Shown: positions 57,813 to 64,000 of the stretch, piece after piece
Layout: every line of letters starts with the position of its first letter
Position numbering within the stretch: position 1 is the first letter of the stretch
Assembly (NCBI GenBank): GCA_026003335.1
Contig: BPHB01000001.1
Span: 320,591 to 384,590, forward strand
Direction of reading: 5' to 3'
DNA from: Chitinophagales bacterium
GTDB taxonomy: Bacteria; Bacteroidota; Bacteroidia; Chitinophagales; CAIOSU01
DNA length: 64,000 nucleotides
Translations under genes and position numbers: made by a program
Notes under the pieces: model-generated
What the model was told of the DNA's origin: nothing
Databases searched by the model: none
Seen by the model: the letters and a program-made list of their open reading frames with translations, nothing else

Positions 57813-59496
57813 AAAAATAATCAGGTGGTTGGTTATACTGCTTCTTACCCTGCTGATCGGGACGGGAGGGCTTATAGCCTATATTGAACTGGCACTGCAT
57901 CCTCAACCACCTCACCCGGCAGATGTTTCTGCGTTAGACCTGAACCGGCAACAGATAGGCACCGACTTTTACAGAATAGGCAATAACTGGCTGAAAAAAA
58001 GCGACACCGGACTGTGGGAAATGTATCTGGAAGGCGGAGCTTTTGAGCGAGGTGTGATTGCCGGCAAACTATGCAAAGAGCTGCAGCTCAATCAGGAACA
58101 AAGCTTTGTTGAGCAAATCCGGAAAATGATACCTTCCGAAATGTATCTGAAATTTTTACGCTATTTCATTCTTTTTTTTAACCGCAATCTAGACAAGCAT
58201 ATTCCAGAAGAATACAAACTGGAGATTTATGGATTTTCTCTTTCAGCTCCCGCGGAATTTAATTTTATCGGAAACGGCTATGAACGGCTGCTGAACTATC
58301 ATGCCGCTCATGACATCGGGCACGCCCTACAAAACCTGATGCTGGTGGGATGCTCTTCTTTTTCGGTATGGGATAGCCGGTCTGCTGATTCGTCCCTTAT
58401 GATAGGGCGCAACTTTGACTTCTATGCCGGAGATCGCTTTGCCGAAAACAAAATCGTACTCTTCTGCAATCCTGACAGCGGTTATAAATTTTTCAGTGTG
58501 ACGTGGAGCGGATTTTCCGGGGTGGCATCCGGCATGAATGCAGCAGGCCTTACTGTAACCATCAATGCAGCCCGATCTGAAATACCAACGGCCTCGGCTA
58601 CTCCCATCTCCATTCTGGCACGGGAAATTTTACAATATGCCAGCACCATTGATGAGGCCTATGCTATTGCCGGCAAAAGAAAAACTTTTGTCGCAGAATC
58701 TATTCTTATCGGTTCAGCCCGTGACCGGAAAGCAGCTATTATTGAAAAATCACCAGGCCGCATGGCGCTATTTACTTCGGATACTGACTTTATACTCTGC
58801 ACCAACCACTATCAAAGCGCACTCTTCTCAGACGACCCTGATAACGTAAAAAACAAGGAGGAAAGCACTTCTGTGTATCGCTACAAGCGCCTGCTGGAAT
58901 GGATGGACAGTGTTCCCCGTTTCACACCCCAGGTGATTGCCAGCGTTTTGCGTGATAGAAAGGGGTTGGGCAACCGCAACATAGGCATGGGTAATGAAAA
59001 AGCCCTCAATCAGCTGATAGCACACCACTCCGTAATTTTTAAACCGACCCAAAAAATAGCCTGGGTGTCAGCCCCTCCCTATCAACTCGGCACCTACGTA
59101 GCCTACGACCTGGGGAAACTATGGGACATGCTTCCGGGCCGAACCAGCCATGCAGAGATTTACACGCCTGCATTGAATCTGCCAGCGGATACCTTCCTTT
59201 ACTCTGAAGAATACCGGAATTATGAACGCTACCGTCAACAGAAAACAAGGATACAACGAGCATCTCCGGGATCTCTTCCGGATTCAGCGCTTATGGCTTT
59301 CCCGACATTGAACCCGGAATGTTATCTCACTTATATGACGCTGGGTGATTACTACAAAAGAACAGGCGATTGCCTGAAGGCACAAGAAAATTACCAAACC
59401 GCCCTCTCCAAGGAGGTGGCAACCATTCCGGAGCGGTTGTACCTGGAAAAAGCCTTGCACACATGCCAGAACAATAAAGCAAAAATTAAAAATTAA
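57805..59496 (+). CDS. peptidase C45 / acyl-CoA:6-APA acyltransferase-family protein with C-terminal TPR-like tail
   Basis: N-terminal TM, candidate autoprocessing nucleophile in 'LMLVGCSSFSVW', and 'GRNFDF'. Confidence 0.7.
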   Translation: MLKKIIRWLVILLLTLLIGTGGLIAYIELALHPQPPHPADVSALDLNRQQIGTDFYRIGNNWLKKSDTGLWEMYLEGGAFERGVIAGKLCKELQLNQEQSFVEQIRKMIPSEMYLKFLRYFILFFNRNLDKHIPEEYKLEIYGFSLSAPAEFNFIGNGYERLLNYHAAHDIGHALQNLMLVGCSSFSVWDSRSADSSLMIGRNFDFYAGDRFAENKIVLFCNPDSGYKFFSVTWSGFSGVASGMNAAGLTVTINAARSEIPTASATPISILAREILQYASTIDEAYAIAGKRKTFVAESILIGSARDRKAAIIEKSPGRMALFTSDTDFILCTNHYQSALFSDDPDNVKNKEESTSVYRYKRLLEWMDSVPRFTPQVIASVLRDRKGLGNRNIGMGNEKALNQLIAHHSVIFKPTQKIAWVSAPPYQLGTYVAYDLGKLWDMLPGRTSHAEIYTPALNLPADTFLYSEEYRNYERYRQQKTRIQRASPGSLPDSALMAFPTLNPECYLTYMTLGDYYKRTGDCLKAQENYQTALSKEVATIPERLYLEKALHTCQNNKAKIKN

Positions 59497-59513
59497 ACAA
59501 GCCGAGCCCGAGT

Positions 59514-60839
59514 ATGTTTATCCCTCCCATTGAGCTGTGCCCATTGGATGAAATTGCCCGTTATCAGAGTGAACGCCTTTCGGAAACACTGCAATACCTC
59601 TCAGCATGTTCTCCGTTTTATCAAAAATTTTTCAAAGTGCATCGCATCAAACCAGAGGCTATAAAGACCGTTGCCGACCTGCGCCTGATTCCACCCGTTA
59701 CGAAAGATGATTTTGCAGCTTATAACGACACTTTCAGATGTGTGCCATTAAAAAAAATTATTGACCTAACAATCACCTCCGGAACCACCGGACAACCGGT
59801 CACCGTGGGGCTCACCGAAGCCGACCTTCAACGCCTGGCTTATAATGAGTATATCTCCTTTTGCTGTGCCTCAGCTTCAGAAGACGATATTTTTCAGCTC
59901 ATGGTTACTCTGGATCGCCAGTTCATGGCCGGTATGGCCTATCACCTGGGCGTTCGGAAGCTGGGGGCAACCATGATACGCACGGGACCTGGACTACCCT
60001 GGATGCAACTGGAAACCATCCAACGACTCAAGCCCACCGTGCTGATTGCCGTGCCCTCATTTCTGCTCAAACTGATAGAATTTGCACGCAGCAATGGCTT
60101 TGACCTCAGCAACACCAGCGTAAAAAAAGTGATTTGTATCGGGGAAAATATCCGCCAGCCTGATTTTTCGCTTAATCATCTGGCATCCCGGATCACAGAG
60201 CATTGGAATATTCAGCTGTTCTCAACCTATGCCTCCACAGAAATGCAAACCGCCTTCAGCGAATGTGAGGCAGGCAAGGGCGGTCACCATCACCCGGAAT
60301 TGATTATTGTGGAACTGTTGGATGATCAGGATAACCCGGTTAAACCCGGAGAGGTCGGAGAAGTCACCATCACCACCCTGGGTATTGAAGCTACACCCTT
60401 GCTGCGCTATAAAACCGGTGACATCACTGTCTATTATGATGAGCCCTGCTCCTGCGGCCGCCACACCCTGCGGCTCGGACCCATTATCGGCAGAAAAAAT
60501 CACATGCTCAAATACAAAGGCACCACCCTTTATCCGGCTGCCATCATGGATCTGCTCAATGGCATGCCTGAAATATCAGATTATGCCATTGAAGCCTATA
60601 CCAGTGAAACAGGTACAGATGAGATTACGCTCCATCTGCATGCAACAACGGAAAATCCCCAGCTTATCAATCGCATCAGCAACATAATGCAATCCAAGCT
60701 GCGGGTGTTGCCTGAAATACATTTTGTTGCACAAGACCAACTGCTTGCCCTCATGAAACCGGAGCAGAACCGCAAGATTCAGCGGTTTATTGATAACAGA
60801 AAAAAAGTCGTCCAAACAACCGAAAGGATAAATTCTTAA
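59514..60839 (+). CDS. phenylacetate-CoA ligase-like (PaaK/F390 synthetase family) adenylate-forming enzyme
   Basis: 'TSGTTGQPV' AMP-binding motif and 'YKTGD'; 441 aa. Confidence 0.8.
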   Translation: MFIPPIELCPLDEIARYQSERLSETLQYLSACSPFYQKFFKVHRIKPEAIKTVADLRLIPPVTKDDFAAYNDTFRCVPLKKIIDLTITSGTTGQPVTVGLTEADLQRLAYNEYISFCCASASEDDIFQLMVTLDRQFMAGMAYHLGVRKLGATMIRTGPGLPWMQLETIQRLKPTVLIAVPSFLLKLIEFARSNGFDLSNTSVKKVICIGENIRQPDFSLNHLASRITEHWNIQLFSTYASTEMQTAFSECEAGKGGHHHPELIIVELLDDQDNPVKPGEVGEVTITTLGIEATPLLRYKTGDITVYYDEPCSCGRHTLRLGPIIGRKNHMLKYKGTTLYPAAIMDLLNGMPEISDYAIEAYTSETGTDEITLHLHATTENPQLINRISNIMQSKLRVLPEIHFVAQDQLLALMKPEQNRKIQRFIDNRKKVVQTTERINS

Positions 60840-60865
60840 ATTCACTCCGTCATCCTGACCAGTTC

Positions 60866-62347
60866 ATGCGCAGACAACCATTTCTCCTGCTCTCGCTTCT
60901 GTACATACTCATTCCTGTGCTCACTGTCCGGGCGCAGTTGCAGCCTGTTCATTCTTTTGGCAGCAATCCGGGTAATATCAATATCTATAAGCATGTACCT
61001 GCAGCCATGCCGGCTCATGCTCCGCTCGTAGTGGTTTTACATGGATGCACACAAAACGCTACCCTATTTTCCACACAAACGGGTTGGAATACACTTGCCG
61101 ACAAACATAAGTTTTATGTATTATATGCAGAGCAGAAAGCCGCTAACAATGCTACCAATTGCTTCAACTACTGGGAGCCGGGAGACTTTAGCCGGGGCCA
61201 GGGTGAAGTGCTTTCCGTTAAACAGGCTGTAGACTATATGCTGTCTTCCTACAGCATCGATTCGGCACGTGTGTTTGTTACCGGACTTTCGGCCGGAGGA
61301 GCGATGACCGTAAACATGCTCAGCGCCTATCCGGATGTGTTTGCCGCTGGCGCGGAGATGGCTGGAGTGCCTTACCGTGCAGCAGAGAGTTTTTCTGAAG
61401 TTGCCCTTGTGGCTCCCGGCCTTGTCAGCAAATCACCACAGCAGTGGGGCGACCTGGTGCGTAGCCAGTATCCAGGCTTTTCTGGAACTTACCCGCGATT
61501 AGCTATTTTTCATGGCACTGCGGATATCATTATCAACTATAGAAATTCCGATGAGCTGATTAAGCAATTTACCAATCTGCATAACACCGACCAGCAGGCT
61601 GACAGCGTGGTAAATAATTTTAACGGCAACGCCCAGGTACGCTATGAAGAGTTTTGGGATGCGGAAGGCACTCCGGTGGTTGTACGCTACACCTTTCAGA
61701 ACATGGCTCATGGAATAGCCGTTGATCCCGGCTCATGTTATACGCAAGGTGGCGTAAGCGGTACGAACTCCCTGGATGTGGATTTCTACTCTTCTTTCTG
61801 GGCTGCTCACTTTTTTGGCATACTTCAGCCTCCCATCATCATCTCAGGAGACGATACAGTAACCGCCTTTCAACAGAATGTTGTGTATGAAGTACCTTCT
61901 CATCCCGGCTCCTCTTACCTTTGGGAGGTGCCGCCCGGAGTGACTCTTGTGAGCGGACAAGGAAGCGCCTCGGTCATAATTCACTGGGGAAATCAAAGCG
62001 GCAGCATTTCCGTCACTGAGACCACTTCGGACGGCTGCACTTGGGGTCCGGCATTTTTGTCAGTAACCGTATTACCCGACTCTGTGCCACTAAGCAGGCG
62101 GCATATTACAGACCCCCAACCACAGGTTTGGATAACACGCCATGGCGGGCACGCTGTAATCATCATACGCTCACAGACAACATATCGCAGCGAAATAGAG
62201 GTATATACAATTGACGGGAAAAGCGTTGCCCGGACATCCCTTTCCCCGAATCAAACTCAGCGCATTGCTGTGGATGCCTCACCGGCCATCTACTTCATTA
62301 AATGCTCTACCCCTTCTGGAGTAAGTGCAGGTAAAATTGTTTTCTGA
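60866..62347 (+). CDS. secreted PHB-depolymerase-family esterase with Ig-like module and probable T9SS C-terminal domain
   Basis: Signal peptide, 'LVVVLHGCTQNA', and nucleophile elbow 'GLSAGGAM'. C-terminal 'EIEVYTIDGKSVARTSL...AIYFIKCSTPSGVSAGKIVF'. Confidence 0.75.
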   Translation: MRRQPFLLLSLLYILIPVLTVRAQLQPVHSFGSNPGNINIYKHVPAAMPAHAPLVVVLHGCTQNATLFSTQTGWNTLADKHKFYVLYAEQKAANNATNCFNYWEPGDFSRGQGEVLSVKQAVDYMLSSYSIDSARVFVTGLSAGGAMTVNMLSAYPDVFAAGAEMAGVPYRAAESFSEVALVAPGLVSKSPQQWGDLVRSQYPGFSGTYPRLAIFHGTADIIINYRNSDELIKQFTNLHNTDQQADSVVNNFNGNAQVRYEEFWDAEGTPVVVRYTFQNMAHGIAVDPGSCYTQGGVSGTNSLDVDFYSSFWAAHFFGILQPPIIISGDDTVTAFQQNVVYEVPSHPGSSYLWEVPPGVTLVSGQGSASVIIHWGNQSGSISVTETTSDGCTWGPAFLSVTVLPDSVPLSRRHITDPQPQVWITRHGGHAVIIIRSQTTYRSEIEVYTIDGKSVARTSLSPNQTQRIAVDASPAIYFIKCSTPSGVSAGKIVF

Positions 62348-62352
62348 AAAAC

Positions 62353-62766
62353 TTACTCCTCTTTGGGTACCAAAATGAGCAGGTTGGTGTATCCCTCGCC
62401 CTCCTGTTCCAGAACCATTTTATCCGGTTTTAACTCCCTGATTTTGGATTTGGTGACAATGCCGTCACGGGAGGTGGTAATGAGGAGCATGTTTTTTTTA
62501 TCCAGTTGCCAGGTTCCTTCCTGAACTGAACTAACCAGATCAAAACGGTAGGTGCCATCCTGATTAAATTCCAGCCGCGCTTTCTGTTCAAATTCGCGGA
62601 AAACACGTTGATGTTCGGGGGATTCAGAGAAATCTATTCCCGGTTTAAACTGAGCCATCCTCCATGCGTTCACGACATTACGTGAGGGATCATTACAGGA
62701 TGAACCTCCCATAAAAATGAGTATGACAAAAGCCGAACAAATGCGACCGAGCTGCGTAAAAAACAT
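62353..62766 (-). CDS. lipocalin-like lipoprotein
   Basis: Lipoprotein signal 'ILIFMGGSSCNDP' and 'GTWQLDKKNMLLITT...KIRELKPDKMVLE' (lipocalin-like domain pattern). Confidence 0.6.
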   Translation of the reverse strand: MFFTQLGRICSAFVILIFMGGSSCNDPSRNVVNAWRMAQFKPGIDFSESPEHQRVFREFEQKARLEFNQDGTYRFDLVSSVQEGTWQLDKKNMLLITTSRDGIVTKSKIRELKPDKMVLEQEGEGYTNLLILVPKEE

Positions 62767-62812
62767 ATGATAAGTGTTTATTTCGATAAGCTAAAATTAC
62801 TAGATTAATCAG

Positions 62813-63502
62813 ATGGTTACCGGTATTCAAATACACTTCCTGCTGAAAGCCATACTGAGAACTTTACTTTTTATTTTGTTGCTGCATATACTGACCTCAG
62901 CAGGTTTGAAAGCACAGTCTTTACCTGCTGAAGCGGTTTCAGAGGCTGTGGCGCTGATGACTTCTGAAAAATCCGTTCAGGGCAATACATCTTCTATAGC
63001 CGACAACGCTGAACCGGGCGAATGTTACTACGCCAAATCGGTTGTGGAAGAGGGCAAGGTGATGAAAGCAATGAAACGGGAAGAAATCATTACGTTTACA
63101 CCGCCCGGCATGGAATCTCTGTATACCGATGGTCATTATATGGTTTTTGATGGCTACCTGTCAAACTATAACGGAACCATTGTGTTATTCGCCCGCGTTA
63201 CCTTTTTCTCCAATGAGGCTACCCAGACTTACGGTTCGTTGTTTAAAAACCATGAGCTGTTGCTGAAAACCGATGACGGACAAATAGCCACTTTGCGCTG
63301 CGGGCAATCTGAATCCGGAAGCCTTAACGCTACTTATGATAAAACCACTTATTTGACTTATTACGAAATAGATGATTCCGCATATAAGATATTGCTTGAA
63401 CGGCCTGTTGTGGCAGCGCGCATGTTCTGGAGTAAAGGGTATGAAGATTATACAGTAAGTAACCCCGGTTTCTTTCAGAGGCAGTTGTCCTGCGTGCGCT
63501 GA
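62813..63502 (+). CDS. hypothetical secreted protein
   Basis: 229-aa ORF with signal peptide 'LLFILLLHILTSAGLKAQS'. No recognisable motifs. Confidence 0.5.
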   Translation: MVTGIQIHFLLKAILRTLLFILLLHILTSAGLKAQSLPAEAVSEAVALMTSEKSVQGNTSSIADNAEPGECYYAKSVVEEGKVMKAMKREEIITFTPPGMESLYTDGHYMVFDGYLSNYNGTIVLFARVTFFSNEATQTYGSLFKNHELLLKTDDGQIATLRCGQSESGSLNATYDKTTYLTYYEIDDSAYKILLERPVVAARMFWSKGYEDYTVSNPGFFQRQLSCVR

Positions 63503-63510
63503 TGCATTTC

Positions 63511-64000
63511 TCACACTGTTGAAAGCCCATATAGTTTACATAACCAGGACAAGTGTCCGGTGTGCATGGCTTCATGCCTGATGGCGTGGTGTATCATCAT
63601 TCTGTAGCTGTTGTCTTGACCGAATGCCAGTCCGAACGGGTTTTCCCTGTTCAGCATTTCCTGCGATAGCCCACGCACATGCAACATGGATGCGTGATGG
63701 GTTTCTTTCATGGCATTCAGAAGCGTTTTGATATCCGGAAGTGCGCTGCGATTATCGGGCATTGCTGATCCCAATGCAAAACGTTCCAGCCATGGCCATG
63801 TTTTCGCTTCTCCGCCCAGCGCCCTGAGGAGCAAGAAATTTTCGGCCCAAACCAAATGCGCAATAATCCAGTAAGCACAATTGAGTTTTTTCCCTTCCAG
63901 CTCAAACTCATGAAACAGATCAACACCTTTGAGTTTAGAAATATACCACCTTGTTAACTGGCGTACACTCTCAAAGGCATCTGCAAGGTATTGAGGTTCC
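63511..64000 (-). CDS. DinB-family protein (5' end beyond the window)
   Basis: The frame stays open to the window edge ('...CAYWIIAHLVWAENF...'). His-rich DinB pattern 'HHAIRHEAMHTGH'. Confidence 0.65.
   Translation of the reverse strand, partial: EPQYLADAFESVRQLTRWYISKLKGVDLFHEFELEGKKLNCAYWIIAHLVWAENFLLLRALGGEAKTWPWLERFALGSAMPDNRSALPDIKTLLNAMKETHHASMLHVRGLSQEMLNRENPFGLAFGQDNSYRMMIHHAIRHEAMHTGHLSWLCKLYGLSTV

Overview
This window looks like a Bacteroidota chromosome segment: it has T9SS-type C-terminal sorting domains, a DUF4476 protein and a flexirubin-type gene set. It contains no rRNA, CRISPR array, transposase or integrase.

**Layout**
- **0-8 kb, housekeeping:** thiolase, a PgpH-like 7TM-HD phosphohydrolase, dnaG, and a frameshifted polytopic membrane protein.
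- **8.1-22.7 kb, surface locus:** a beta-helix protein followed by two giant repeat-built T9SS cargo proteins of 2562 aa and 1891 aa.
- **22.8-29.9 kb, minus strand:** aroA, then a tightly packed string of aminotransferase, tyrA, DAHP synthase/chorismate mutase, proB and proA.
- **30-33.6 kb:** an M50/CBS protease, a small conserved protein, tRNA-Lys(CUU) and two RNA methyltransferase-type genes.
- **33.8-60.8 kb, plus strand:** about 25 translationally coupled genes forming an aryl-polyene/flexirubin-type type II PKS/FAS-like cluster. Components include a tyrosine ammonia-lyase, 3 KS plus 2 KS-like proteins, 2 ACP, KR, 2 DH, TE, a flavin halogenase, a LolA-like protein, an MMPL exporter, GT2, several acyltransferases and a CoA ligase.
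- **60.9-64 kb:** a T9SS esterase, a lipocalin-like lipoprotein, a hypothetical protein and a partial DinB gene.

**Most interesting observations**
1. An unannotated 30-codon Tyr-rich leader ORF (FYSYPYY) with an intrinsic terminator and competing repeats sits upstream of the tyrA operon. This is a candidate tyrosine-sensing attenuator.
2. The pigment cluster shows no darA/darB in the window. It carries unusual embedded genes (a CRTAC1/FG-GAP-ASPIC protein and an NRAMP transporter) and an MMPL-PlsC-methyltransferase triple fusion.
3. Three gene disruptions all fall in homopolymer runs, so they are probably sequencing errors.
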